DNA of 64,000 nucleotides from Eledone cirrhosa (GCA_964016885.1 OZ024742.1:258974001-259038000), one strand, 5' to 3'. Counted from the first letter of the stretch, positions 26,440 through 40,562 are shown. Made by a program: numbers and translations. The notes: generated by a model from the sequence alone, not told the origin.

Positions 26440-27400
26440 TTAAAGCTATATAGTTTTCCGGGTCTCTTGTAACTCCTCAAGATACAGCAAGTGGGTCGTC
26501 TGCACATTGACGCCGTTTTCATGATAAGTGAATGAAACGATGCATCATCGCCGATGTCTATACCCAGGTCTCGTATCGATTTCGATCCCTCCTGGTCCAT
26601 TGTAGCTTTGCTGTAATGTCCTTGTGTTAGCAGGTTGAAATTGTAGGGCTTGTAATTTTCCAGTATTGAATTGCATTTTATTGTCTTCAGCCCATTTTTA
26701 TATGGCAACAATATCTTTTTGCAAAAGAGTAGCATCAGCTGGGTTCTTCATTGCTTGTGATATCATTTTCCTATCATTCCATGGCCGTACTGATATGTAT
26801 GATCGGGGGGACTGCCCTGCAGTTTTTAGCCTCCGCTCTGCCCCCCACCCCCTCGTGGATATGGCATATCCTGCCTTCTTTTTGGTCTCTGGGTAGTTTA
26901 CCCCGCTAGCTAGAGAACTTCTGAAGAGGACCTTCAGTGGTCTTGTTAACGCACGCTTGCATATTTTTAGGAGAACTGCTGAGAATCCACCAGTTCCAGC
27001 CGGTGAATTTGCTCTCATGTATTCTATAGCTGTTATTACATATTTCTTCATTATATCTATGTGGTTGATGGTCGCCATTTCTCCGTGTTGAGCTGTGGCA
27101 TCCAAGAATTTCCCTGGCTTTGTTATTTGCATGTGCCTCATTGGGGATCTAAAAACACTTTTTTACTGTGCATTCAGTTTCGCTTGACGATCCTCAGTCC
27201 ATTTTTATGGAAAGATGGCCCAAATTTTCAGTCTACAGAGACAGCCTCTTTCGAAAAAGTGCAGTTTCAAATTCAAGCCGTGCCTGTTTCAAATAGGGCT
27301 CATTCTTGTTCTCCTGTTGTGCAGGGATTTTAGATTTTTGTTCTTCCTCTTGTAAGGATTTTATTGTCTCTAGGAATAAAAACGTGTCTGTTTGCCTTTT
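26440..27400 (-). mobile_element. Decayed CR1-group LINE RT fragment
   Basis: AIEYMRANSPAGTGGFSAVLLKICKRALTRPLKVLFRSSLASG and IRDLGIDIGDDASFHSLI..CILRSY. Confidence 0.75.
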
Positions 27401-28282
27401 TTTCCGGGACAAATGTACGGCATATGGTTTTTTTTTTTCATACATCTTCATTTTATTATCTAATTCGAAAATGCAAAAGTAGTTATATAACTATTTTACA
27501 AAAATCATAAACTGTTGTCATATTTACAAAAATCATAAACTGTTGTCATATTTACAAAAATGATACGCGATGGGGCCCACCCACATCCCCGGCGGAGAGA
27601 ATGGGGAAGGTGTTTAGCAGGCTCAGGAGACAATGACTAATGTTTCAATGCAGACACAGTATAAATAAGGGAAACTAAAGTGGGAGAATGAGGAATTAAT
27701 TGATAAGCGGGAATTATGATAGGATGAGCAGATTAATACGTAGAAAGAGAAGGCGTTAAAAGGTTGTAGCCATAAGAAATAGGAATTTAGCCCGAGAAAT
27801 TTAACGGCTCAGTGGAAAGCAGGTTATGAGTGTGGAGATGGGTGTATAATGGGGTTAGTGAAGAATGTTGGTGGTATTAGTGGATGTAATACACTAAACA
27901 TCCTAGCCTCAACAAGCAATTACTTGAACTCTCAAGCTAATGTTTCAGCTACCCTGTTCTCTGTTGCAATTTAATAGAGGCGAAAATATAGAGTTTTTAT
28001 GCCTATGTACATGGGTTGATTAGCCTCAGATGCATATGGAGCTTTCTGTCGGCTCCGCCTGGAAAATAGAATTAATGTTTTCCCTCAGACATAGCTGTAT
28101 ACATATAAGTATGTGTATTCCATATATCCAGTGATATATGGTGTGTATACGAATAAACATTTCCAATACTTTCAGCCACGAAGTCCAGTGTAGCTTTTAA
28201 AATTCATAGCCAAAAGGCTTTGAGAAGTTTATTCGTAAAAATACTATATACACGCAGCCCCCCCCCCCTCCAGACACACACC

Positions 28283-28325
<43 letters not shown>

Positions 28326-28397
28326 AAGAAATCGAAATGTGACTGGAGTCTTTTTAAGAATATATATTTATGTATGTACATGTGTATATATATATAC

Positions 28398-28487
<90 letters not shown>

Positions 28488-29173
28488 TGTATTATACTAC
28501 AACATCTATATTTTAACAATACTCAATAAAGAATAAAATAAGCTGATAATAAACTGGCAGAAAGTTATCAGTAAAAAATGAAAAAGGTTCGAAAACGGAA
28601 AAATATTTGCTAAGTGTTTTCCAAGTTATTGTAGTTGTTAATAGATAACTGCCAAAAATTGTGTTTCTAAACATGGGATTCGATAATAGATTGCCTCCTG
28701 CAGTGTTCGCTATGACAGCAGTGGAAGTCATCAATCATTTGGTGTTCTATAAAGAGTTTAACCCTTCTTTTTTGGAGCTAATTTCCTGATAAACGGAATA
28801 CATCAAGCATCAAGAAGTATACGCACCGTAACACATACACACACGCAAACACCATACATATACGTTATATATATATACATGTATATATATATATATATAT
28901 GATAATATATTATACTATATTATATTATATATATATATTGACATATGTATTTATAAATATATATATATATATGTATATATATATACATATCTATATTATA
29001 CTTATACATATATGTACATTATTATATATATATATATATATATAATATATAAATATACTATATATATATATATATATAATACATAAATATACAATATATA
29101 TAAATGTATATATATAAATGCATATATATAAATATATATATATAAATGTATATATATAAATGTATATATATAA

Positions 29174-29291
<118 letters not shown>

Positions 29292-29524
29292 GTAATGGAT
29301 AGTTTCGTACATTATTGAATGTATGACGATATGACGATATGTGTATTTGGATATTTATTTTCCTACATATGTTCAGAATGTATGTTGCGCTCTCACATAC
29401 TCCCTGCATCAGTACCCCTGCATCTCTCTCACTCTTTCCCTCGTTGTCTGTATGTATACAGTTACAGATGCCTTAGCATACGTATAAAAGAACACAGATG
29501 CACACACACACACACACGCGCACG

Positions 29525-29852
<328 letters not shown>

Positions 29853-29856
29853 TATA

Positions 29857-29942
<86 letters not shown>

Positions 29943-30299
29943 ATACATATATATTTATATATAAATATGCCAATGTGTGTGTATGTATGTGTGTGTATAA
30001 ATCTAAATATAGATGTTTATCTACATGTATGTTTCGATATAGATATATGTAATATGAAAAATATTTATTGCGCATGGACCTGTGACGCGCGTTCCACAAA
30101 GGATCGGCTTAAGGTGACCCACATGAGTTATGGACCTAACTCCAGTATCGGTCTGCTCCTCAGACTGGTGATGCGACAGAACATATCTTTTTCTGTTATA
30201 TACACTCTGTCTGGGCATCCACTTCCTGCTATTTCAAGCGTTAACCTAATATATACCTTCCATATACTGTACCGATTGTGTTGTTATTTCTATTTACTT

Positions 30300-30408
<109 letters not shown>

Positions 30409-30597
30409 TTAAATCGATATGGACAAACTGTAGTATAATAATTAGTATACTTCAATCTGGCTAAATTTTTCTTTTGCAATATATATACAGATGTGTTGGT
30501 ATCTGTGTTTCATCACTTACATATTAATTTATACACTGCTCAGGGGATATTTTTCCTCATTCGAGCTGATTCCATTGTAAAAGAATTCATTACCTTA

Positions 30598-30642
<45 letters not shown>

Positions 30643-30673
30643 ATGTGTGTGTGTGTATATATATATATATATG

Positions 30674-30764
<91 letters not shown>

Positions 30765-31507
30765 TATGTGTGTCTGTGTGTATGTCTGGGTGTGTGTGAG
30801 AGAGAGTGTGTGTGTGTGTGTTTCATCTAGTTTTGCTACATTTACAGTTAGGAGTAGTTTGTGGCTACATGTGTCTAGAAAAACAAATTTTTAAATATAG
30901 ATAACCGAAATAAAATATACTCCCATATCTCCTAGGTAACCTTTGTCATTACCTCCTTCCATACACCTTATGATATTAACACTCATAATACAGTATACTG
31001 AGACTAAATTTTATTATAAATTCAGTAAATAAATATTTACACTAACGTAGACGAAGATTATATTAATGGCAGAATAGGAGTGCTAGTATTATCCGACAGA
31101 AATGCTGTTAAGAAAAGTACCGTTAAATAATTCTGGCCATTTCATCCTTCCATATCCTTAGAAAATAAATTGTTTACAGTTTGCCGTTGCAAACATGCTT
31201 TTACGCAAAATATATTTTAATATGTTATATATAATTGATCCTGGCGAGCTCTCTATAAGTGTTTTCAAAATAATATCATTAGAGAATGAAATTGTGTATA
31301 TGAAATAAATGATATATTCACAGTTGAAACTTGGTGATCTATGTTGTTAAATAAATGCTCTAATATTATAAATCTAAGATAACCGGAAGTAGGCCAACTG
31401 GATTTACGTCTGAAATAACTTTCGCCAATCTTGATATAAAATAAACAACAATTGAACTTTAACTAACTGAACGCCTGATTATTGTATTATCAAGTCATAA
31501 AATTTAG

Positions 31508-31631
<124 letters not shown>

Positions 31632-31699
31632 AGTAAACAAGTAACCAAGATCCTTATTGCTCCAATCAGTTTATTAATTCCACCTTCAATATGTATCTG

Positions 31700-31770
<71 letters not shown>

Positions 31771-31941
31771 ATAAAATCCTTCTCTTAATGCTTACTTGTG
31801 TTTCCTCTTTTATACTTTATACTCTAAGATTGAACGGAATTGTTACAAACTTGCGGAGTTACCCCTAAGCGTACGTTGAGACCATCCATGAAACTGGCTT
31901 TCTTAACCACGAACTGGATCACAATAAGCAATTGTCTGCTT

Positions 31942-31973
<32 letters not shown>

Positions 31974-31977
<4 letters not shown>

Positions 31978-32450
31978 AAATAACAGGAGGCTGGGCTGGT
32001 GTAATTCCTTAAAAGGTTTATTATGCTATGATCATTTCAATGACCGGGTTCAGTATGAATCCAATGACATCATCAGGTATATGAGGGCGACCGACCGTGG
32101 TAGAAGCTGCTAAATTTTCGGTCGCCTTCATGTCTCTGATGGTCAGCCCCATGGATTTTGTCTATTTCATTCCTTTGTTTTATTTTGAATACCTGATGAT
32201 GTCACCGGATTCATACTGAACCCGGTCATTGAAATGATCATAATATAATAAAACTTTTGAAGGAATTACACCAGTCCAGCCTCCTGTTATTTTATAATAA
32301 TTAACTCCCTACTCGCACCACCAGCTACACAACGAAGAAGGGTGAGCTGCATTACGTTGAGTGCTCTCCATAATATTAAATCGAGGTTGACCATACGCTA
32401 TGACCAGTCCTATGCAGTGGTTATCCAACAAACCTAAATAATCATATATA
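31974..32450 (+). mobile_element. Fold-back PLE-type insertion: arms 31974-32080 / 32188-32296, plus tail
   Basis: Inverted repeat after (TA)n; HHR in each arm. Confidence 0.8.
32189..32246 (+). ncRNA. Minimal hammerhead ribozyme motif (mirror copy about 32023-32082 on -)
   Basis: CTGATGA-TGTCACCGG..CCGGTCATT-GAAA-TGATCA-TA; palindromic stem III; stem I partly mismatched. Confidence 0.75.
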
Positions 32451-32459
32451 TTAAAAAAG

Positions 32460-32921
32460 AAATAGGATTTCGCTTCAAGCATAGCTTTATACAATATGTA
32501 TAAATATTTCGTATCTCCAAAGAAATACAGTTTTAGGAAGCCGTAGCTATCCAAACACCGGGGGTCTAACGCCCTCTGGCGAAGTCCAGCAGAAGCAAGA
32601 GGGACAACCGTCTAAGCATTTCAGGCTTAGCTGGCCTTCGTCAGGACGGTCCCTCCCACCGGTTGCGACTGCTAGAATAGAAGACAGCTGAGGATATATA
32701 CTTTTCTCGTCTGTGTAAATGAGGTGGTTAATCTCATTTGCATATGAAGCTATATAAGTTGACTCAAATTATAATAAATAATAAATAGGATTTCGCTTCA
32801 AGCATAGCTTTATACAATATGTTTAAATATTTCGTATCTCCAAAGAAATACAGATTTAGGAAGCCGTAGCTATGAAAACACCGGGGGGCTAACGCCCTCT
32901 GGCGATGTCCAGCAGTAGCAA
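32460..32921 (-). mobile_element. Retrozyme-like partial tandem, 323-nt unit, about 1.4 copies
   Basis: Direct repeat 32460-32598 / 32783-32921 enclosing one intact HHR; no ORF. Confidence 0.75.
32599..32655 (-). ncRNA. Type I hammerhead ribozyme
   Basis: GAGGGA-CCGTC-CTGACGA-AGGC(CAGCTAA)GCCT-GAAA-TGCT-TA-GACGG-TTG-TCCCTC; intact core, extended bulged stem I. Confidence 0.9.
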
Positions 32922-33207
32922 TTAATCAGCATCAACCGTACATATTTGCATGTTAGCAGTATATATAGATTCCTCTCTCTCTCTATACTAGTAAATACAA
33001 TTCCAAATAAATGTTTTTCTCTATATATCAAGAATTATTTCAAGAGTAACTTACTCAATATTTTGAAAATTTGGACTGTGAACAACAATTATAATTGAGT
33101 GGCTGCTATTCGCAGTATAGCAATATAAGGTTGCACTTACCAATGAAACGGTCGTAAGTATCTGGATAAAATCCTTCTCTTAATGCTTACCTGTGTTTTC
33201 TCTTTTA

Positions 33208-33240
<33 letters not shown>

Positions 33241-33243
<3 letters not shown>

Positions 33244-33321
33244 TGCTAACAAGCAAATATGTACGGTTGTTTAATTGGTACTATCAGCTCTATTGTCAGC
33301 TCTATTTGTATGTTAGCAGTA
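33241..33321. mobile_element. 81-bp miniature element with 19-bp terminal inverted repeats in (TA)n
   Basis: TACTGCTAACA..TGTTAGCAGTA; inverted copy 34431-34511 has perfect 19-bp TIRs; partial copies 32922-32961 and 34558-34620. Confidence 0.75.
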
Positions 33322-33330
33322 TATATATAT

Positions 33331-34235
33331 ATACTATAGAGTAAAGCATGTCCAGAGAATTATTTGATAATATATATACATCATCTCTACTCCCAATCAC
33401 CATAATTAACCACACAAAAGATCAAGTAGACCAGGCTATAAGAATAAAAGGCACCCATGAAGAAACAGTAAATAAATACGCCACAGCAGCGTCTTCGGAG
33501 CCAACCGCTATAGATTATTTACGCAACATTTCAACAGCACGTAGAAATTAATTAAATATACGGTCAACCATACATAATTAGGTAAGAATTAAAGTTAGAA
33601 ATGCTTATATACATACCAGGATTAAATCACTAAATGCCGACCCATTGGTTTCGCTCACATTTTGAGATATCTTATTAAGGATAAATCTCGAGTTTAGAGC
33701 TCTTCAGGGGAAAAACTCGTTAGGACAGATTGTTTTTCGAAGTGGCCCCAGCCAAACACGAATTCAAAATGTTTGAGAACTGTGACGTGGTAGTGGACAA
33801 GTCGGGAAGGGTGTGATTGGTTGCTTACGCCGAGTGGGTTGGTTGCTAGAAAGCGCAGCCCAATATCGCCCAAATTGTATCTCAAACTTATGGGAGATTA
33901 TTAAATATAAATATTTACACATACACCAATTAAACAAAGTCACAGGTATATATGCGTTTTGGCAACTATTCACGATGTGGCTCAATGAAGAATTAATACA
34001 TTAAATAATCAGAGCAAAATACTATAGAGGAAACCATGTCCAGAGAATTATTTGATAATATATATACATCATCTCTACTCGCAATCAGCATAATTAACCG
34101 CACAAAAAATCAATTAGACCAGGCTACAAGAATAAAAGGCACCTATGAAGAAACAGTAAATAAATACGCCACAGCAGCGTCTTCGCGGCCAACCGCTATA
34201 GAATGTTTACTCAACATTTCAACAGCACGTGGAAA

Positions 34236-34236
<1 letters not shown>
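33331..34236 (-). mobile_element. HHR-bearing partial tandem, 688-nt unit
   Basis: Direct repeat 33331-33548 / 34019-34236, (TA)n on both sides, one HHR inside. Confidence 0.75.
33636..33710 (-). ncRNA. Type I hammerhead ribozyme motif
   Basis: CCC-CTGAAGA-GCTC..GAGAT..ATCTC..GAGC-GAAA-CC(AATG)GG-TC-GGC; GUC site; stem I short. Confidence 0.78.
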
Positions 34237-34297
<61 letters not shown>

Positions 34298-34359
34298 TAA
34301 ATATATATATGTATATATATATATTTATTAAAATAACAGATTAAAGTTTAAGTATGTAC

Positions 34360-34433
<74 letters not shown>

Positions 34434-34508
34434 TGCTAACATGCAAATAGAGCTGACAATCGAGCTGAGAGTACCAATTAATCAACCCTACATATTTGCA
34501 TGTTAGCA

Positions 34509-34560
<52 letters not shown>

Positions 34561-35299
34561 TGTTAACATGCAAATATGTACGGTTGATGCTGATTAATTG
34601 GTACTATCAGCTCTATTGTAGTGCACGGGATAAAAATGATTTCAGCGTTTCAATACACGTTTTATTGAACTATGTTGTTGCTAATGTAAAAGGATATATT
34701 CTTTAAGAAATTGCCTCAAGTCATTCTGCTATTACCAACTGCTATTACTTTCGAAGTCAAACGAACCGTCAAACGACGAACCTCAGACCTATTCAGAAAC
34801 ATTCTCTCTTCGTCGCTACTTCCACAATATTAGAGTATGTCTTCCTTGTAAAGCTTAAAGCACTAGGGAATGAAGCAAAACAAAATGATGGTAAATTCTG
34901 CATTGTGAGACAGGTGGAATAGAATAGACACAAAGGGACAGTGGATTAGTTAAAACGTAGGAGTTTCAAAGAATGCAAAGAAAATGCGATAATAAACCAA
35001 AGAAATGGAGACATGTGATTGAAAAAGTATATGCACAAAAGTAGGAGCGATGTGTGAAGTAGAAATATTTACGCAATGTAGAAAGAAAGGAAAGGGTTTA
35101 ACATATCAAGTTAAACCATTTATAAAAGAAATGCAATAACAGAAAATAAAACAGCACGAACAAGGAAAAAAGGCAAGAAAGATACTGATTTGCCGAAGAA
35201 ATATAGTTTGAATGGCTACAGCCTAGAGAATAATATTTGCATGAACAAACAAACACACTCTCCCAGGGCATATATATATATGCATGTGTGTGTGTGTGT

Positions 35300-35335
<36 letters not shown>

Positions 35336-35519
35336 GTATATATGTGTGTGTGTGTATGTGTGTGCGCGTGTGTGTGTGTGCGCTCGTGAGTGTGTGTGTT
35401 TGTGTGTGTGTGTATATATACGAACACAAGAGAGAGAGAGAGTGAGTGAAAGAGAGACGGGAGAAAAAGAGGGGGCGGAGGAAGTGAGGGTTGCAGAATT
35501 AAAGAGATCGAGGCGTATA

Positions 35520-35720
35520 TAGAAAATGTTCCCAGAATGAGTGCCGTGTTGTTTCCTTGAGCAAAACAATTTATTTCACGTTGCTCCAGTCCACTCAGCT
35601 GCCAAAAATGAGCTGTACCTGTAATCTAAGATTCCAGCCTTGTCACAAACTGTGTCACAATGAATCATGCTGACAACTATCATATGTGTGCATGTGCCCG
35701 TGGTTTGCTAATTTCACCGG
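35520..35720 (+). mobile_element. SINE family 2 fragment
   Basis: TCCTTGAGCAAAACAATTTATTTCACGTTGCTCCAGTCCACTCAGCTG. Confidence 0.75.
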
Positions 35721-36142
35721 TAATGTATATATAAACCAAAATTAAAAATTCAAGACATTTAATCATTGAGAATTATTTCTTCCCATCAGGACCTACTTCC
35801 AACGCGGAGTCATTTTATTCAACGGTTTGTTATATGTAGTACACACGAAAGGAATCATTAGGGTCAAATTAAAAGCCAAATCAGTATCAATACAAATCAT
35901 TGAAGTACAAAAGATGATGTATATCATTTATCTAATTAAATAACAGGTCAAAATAACAAAGTGTCAGATGTATGAAAATGCGTCAATATTATTTGGAAGA
36001 GAAGTATCTTTCCAATTATGAATTTTGTCAAAGTAATATTCATAGTTTGTAAAAATAATCCAGCAATTTGAAAAGGGTTATAGTTGAATAGATATGTGCT
36101 GCAGAAATAATATTATATCAGAGAAAATTAAATTATACGGAG

Positions 36143-36183
<41 letters not shown>

Positions 36184-36185
<2 letters not shown>

Positions 36186-37143
36186 TTTCTGAATTTGTTT
36201 AGCAAGATTCTTTATCTGAAATCGTGTGTTGAAGCGGATATTGTTATACTTTGGGAGGGTCATGTTGCCAATAAGAAACACACGCACCAGTTGCTTTCAC
36301 TTCAATTTATTATATATTTATAAATTTATAAATTTACAAATCTAGAAACTTATAAATTTCTGGCTGGTTGGTTGGTTCCACAACCAGATAGTTGTTTATA
36401 TATAGTCATAGTCCTTTCGTCACACACTCTGTGACCTCTGTAGGCTAGTTCGCCTCTAGGCTTGTATTGATGAACATTACACTCTGGTATTTATTGCTAT
36501 CATACCATGAGTTTATTCTATTGGCCTTGTTCCTAGTTCTTTCTATTCTATTCCAAAATTTGCTCCTATACAAGGGGCAGGTCCCATTTATGTCATTATT
36601 TACCATTTTTTCCCATTTGGTTCTGGCTCCTCTATACACTCTGATTCTATCTCTCTGATTATAGCCAGAGAACTGCATACGGTGGATGAAGTGTTGTATG
36701 TGTCTCTCTAGTTCTTCGGGGTTGCACATGCGGGACACATTTCTCATCACCCGTACCAAATCCGCAATCAGTATGTTGATTTTGGTATGGTCCGAAATGG
36801 CCGAGTTTCGGTGGATCAGATGTTTGGAAGTCATGGGTTTGGCACAATGGGAATTGAGGATTTGTTTTTGGTTGTTAATGGTATCTAACCAGAGCTCTGT
36901 GTCTAGTACAGGTAATCGATGGTTGGGGTGTCTACTTGGGTAGTCTATAGTAACTCTAATGCAGAGTGTGTGACAAAAGGACTATGACTATATATAAACA
37001 ACTATCTGGTTGTGGAACCAACCAACCAGAAATTTATAAGTTTGTAGATTTGTAAATTTATAAATTTATAAATATATAATAAATTTAAGTGAAAGCAACT
37101 GGTGCATGTGTTTCTTATTGGCAACATGACCCTCCCAAAGTAT

Positions 37144-37150
<7 letters not shown>
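36184..37150 (-). mobile_element. Penelope-like element, family K: inverted pseudo-LTR, RT fragment, 3' pseudo-LTR and tail
   Basis: Arms 36238-36440 / 36962-37150 each with an HHR 3' half; tail 36184-36237; (TA)n flanks. Confidence 0.9.
36445..36960 (-). pseudogene. PLE reverse transcriptase C-terminal core and thumb fragment
   Basis: DYPSRHPNHRLPVLDTELW..HCAKPMTSKHLIHRNSA..RMQFSGY..CPLYRSKFW..SWY..SVMFI. Confidence 0.9.
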
Positions 37151-37202
<52 letters not shown>

Positions 37203-37207
<5 letters not shown>

Positions 37208-37517
37208 GTAGAACACTGTAAGATAATATCCGTAGTGGAAGAGCACTCAGTCTATGGGACGAGTTAGGTAGAAGTAGTTACACAACAGTTAGTTCACCAT
37301 ACCGAGAACAATTGTTCACCTTAGAGGATCCTCGACTCGTACTGGACACGCCTCCTGTTCCGTATAACCATGTCTATTACAAGCTGCGGATCCAATAAGG
37401 TGAAACAATTGTTCTCGGTATGGTGAACTAACTGCTGTGTAATTACTTCTACCTAACTCGTCCCATGGACTGATTGCTCTACCACTACGGATATTACCTT
37501 CCAGTGTTCTATCACTA
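37203..37517. mobile_element. Fold-back insertion, family F
   Basis: About 135-bp inverted arms; HHR 3' half GAAA-CAATTG-TT at 37402-37413. Confidence 0.8.
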
Positions 37518-37521
37518 TATA

Positions 37522-39182
37522 TCTTTATATATATAAAAGCGAGGATGTGTGTGTGTCTGTGTACAATTTTGGATACCTAAGACTTTTACAATTACCAACT
37601 GAATTTGAGCAAATTTTCTGTGCACGTTTCACATGTCGCTAAGATGGTCACATCATAAACATTTTTCCAATCGACCCACGTTGAGCAACACAAAATCGAT
37701 ATCAAAATTATCCGTAGAAAAATTGATGTAAGGGAGATAACCAAACTTTATTGACAATCCTTATAAAGAGAGTGAGATATGGAGACCTTCGTTTTCAATT
37801 TTAACACAACAATCATCGTCGGACAAAATTTCAGAAATATAAACATCAGATTCATTTGAAGATAAATCACTAATATTATCGTTTGTTTCTTGTTTATTCT
37901 TTGTTGCACATTCAAAGTTAAAAAAACACTTGTTGTTTTAACTTGTTTCACTATATTAAGTGTTAATTTTCGCGTTAAGGGCCTAATCTCGCAGCAGTCT
38001 CGAATTGAAGAGATTTTGATGATGGTTTGTTTATTTTTAGAACAATCGTTATGGGACTTTCCATTCAAACCATTGGGACCTACAGCTTTTACATTTTTAA
38101 AGTAATTTCGTCCAGATTTGATGCAGGCATTATCTATGCTTCCAGCTGTATTCGTACACATCAAACCTTTTTGACAATAAAGGAACATTCTTCCTGGATG
38201 TCCACGGATATATAAATCTATTGATACTGTATGTGATCCACAGGATGCGGTCAACTATCCAGTTGAATTTCTAAATTCTTTAAATCCTCCTGGTTTGCCT
38301 CCTAATACCTTCGTTCTGAAAGAGGGAACGCCAGTTATTTTGCTAAGAAATATCACTCCTCCAAAACAATGTTACACGCCTTAGTATTGACGCTACCATT
38401 CTATCCGGATGTGGAAAAGGCGAGGATGTGATAATAACAAAAATTAGCCTGACTACATCAGGCGTGGATACTCTCTTCTCCTCTCGCCTAACCCAATTTC
38501 CCCTTCGTGTTGCCTTTGCGATGTCCATAAACAAGTCGCAAGGTCAAACTCTGTCCGTCACTGGAATTCACTTGGATGAACCTTGCTTTTCGCACGGACA
38601 ATTCTACGTTGCCTGCTCACGAGTTGGCAGTCGAGATTATCTCTTTGCGTTTGTTCCAAAAAGAAAAACAAAGAATATCGTCTATGCTGAAGTACTTTAG
38701 TGTTAACAGAAAAACTTATAACAGCTCTGCCTTGCTTCACTTTACTCATTACAAAACATACCAATGAATATGTTATGTAGGATATTTGGTATTATAAGTT
38801 CAAAATTTAACCATACACAGCAAAGGATGCTCTCAAAGAATAAATTTTCTCTAATTCTACACTCATTGTTTTTTTGCTTGTATACAACTCTGCTTTCATT
38901 ACAACTTTTTGTACTTTAGCAAAACTGCCTGTTTTTTTTTACAGATTTGCAACGTGTATTGTCTTTAATCATTTGTATAACTACATCCTGTTCAGTGTTT
39001 TCCTTTATTATCAACATAGTTTTATGTGTACAAAGAGTGCACTAAATATTCGTTTGCATTAATTATTGAAGACTTCTGCTTATTCTGACAGGTTGGGGAC
39101 AAATAATGTTCTTCTTTTACTTCCAAGGTGTATATTCTTAGCATAATTTCAAACCCCGAACAACGCCGGGTAAATCTGCTAG
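37522..39182 (+). mobile_element. Internally deleted Helitron
   Basis: 5' TC start, 3' hairpin CCCG..CGGG and CTAG end, inserted between A and T, Pif1 helicase remnant. Confidence 0.9.
38200..38700 (+). pseudogene. Helitron Pif1-family helicase C-terminal fragment
   Basis: YPVEFLNSLNPPGLPP..PVILLRNI and QFPLRVAFAMSINKSQGQTL..PCFSHGQFYVACSRV..TKNIVYAEVL. Confidence 0.92.
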
Positions 39183-39317
39183 TATATATATATATATGTT
39201 CTACCGGCAAGTTCAGCCAACCTTACCTCCCACTAAATGCCATGATAGATTCATCTGTCTTTACAACACATTTTTGACCAATTCTCTTGACAATTACTAT
39301 CTTGCCAAATAAGGAAA

Positions 39318-39415
39318 TAGCCCCTGAGAAGTTCGGCTATTTATTTACCAGGCTAAACATTCTTATTTAGTCCAGAAATAGCCGTCGAAACGGCTTGAGC
39401 TCTGCCGTCGGAGTA
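39318..39415 (+). ncRNA. Full-length hammerhead motif of family C, core degenerate
   Basis: CCC-CTGAGAA-GTTCGGCTATTT..AAATAGCCGTC-GAAA-CGGC(TTGAGCTCT)GCCG-TC-GGAG; G8 replaced by A. Confidence 0.72.
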
Positions 39416-39426
39416 ATACTGCTTCC

Positions 39427-39525
<99 letters not shown>

Positions 39526-39614
39526 ATATATATACATATATAGAGAGAATAGAAATACATATATATGTGTATATATAGAAATATGTATATATACATGTGT
39601 ATATATATATATAT

Positions 39615-39695
<81 letters not shown>

Positions 39696-39766
39696 TAGAT
39701 ATAGATATATACATACATATATATATATATATACATACATATTCATACATATATATATATAAACAT

Positions 39767-39797
<31 letters not shown>

Positions 39798-39822
39798 AAT
39801 ATATATACATATATATATACAT

Positions 39823-39855
<33 letters not shown>

Positions 39856-39959
39856 GTTATGTAATAAACAACATAATGCAATTATTCCATTTACCAGTGG
39901 TTTCTTAAAAGCAAAAAATGTTGCTTTCATCCTCAGAATGAAAAAATTCTGGTCTCTTT

Positions 39960-40533
39960 TTAACTGCATCCTGGATTTGTTCCCGTATGATTTGAACTAG
40001 TGATCTTGGACTTCATAGATGGGCAACAAGAGTAACTGATCTTAACTACGTTCCTATTAAATATCTTATAATATCTATGATTAGGAGGAAAATGTTTGTC
40101 TAAGAGTTCAAGGAATTTCCTTCCTACATGAGTTTTACGGTTAGAGAGAAGGGGGGGGGTGAATCAAATAATTTTCCTTTTCCTGTTATTGTGGTTATTT
40201 TTAGGGGGTGGGTGGGGGGTGGAGTAGGTAAATAATATTTTTTTCCTGTAAAACCGCTGTTCTTAAGGGCTTTATTATAATAAGGGGCGCCTTTATTAAA
40301 AATGTCTATAGACAAAGATAAGGTAGAATTCCTACGGCTAATGTTATAATGTTAGGAATAAGATTATTAAAAACTATAGGGGGATGGAAAGACTCTTTGT
40401 GTATATGCCTAAGATTTTCATTAGGTGTATGATAGGGTGTAAAAGAGGCGGTAAGTAGATCAAGATTAATATCAAGAAAGTTAGCAATGGTAAGGTTCGT
40501 GTCTATAGTGATTTTAAGGTTAAGATTAGCAAA
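39960..40533 (-). pseudogene. PLE reverse transcriptase thumb and linker fragment
   Basis: LKITIDTNLTIANFLDINLDL..FTPYHTPN..HKESFHPP; YYNKALKNSGF; PPFSLTVK; KHFPPNHRL..IFNRNVVKISYSC. Confidence 0.88.
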
Positions 40534-40562
40534 ACACACACATATATATATATATACAGTAT

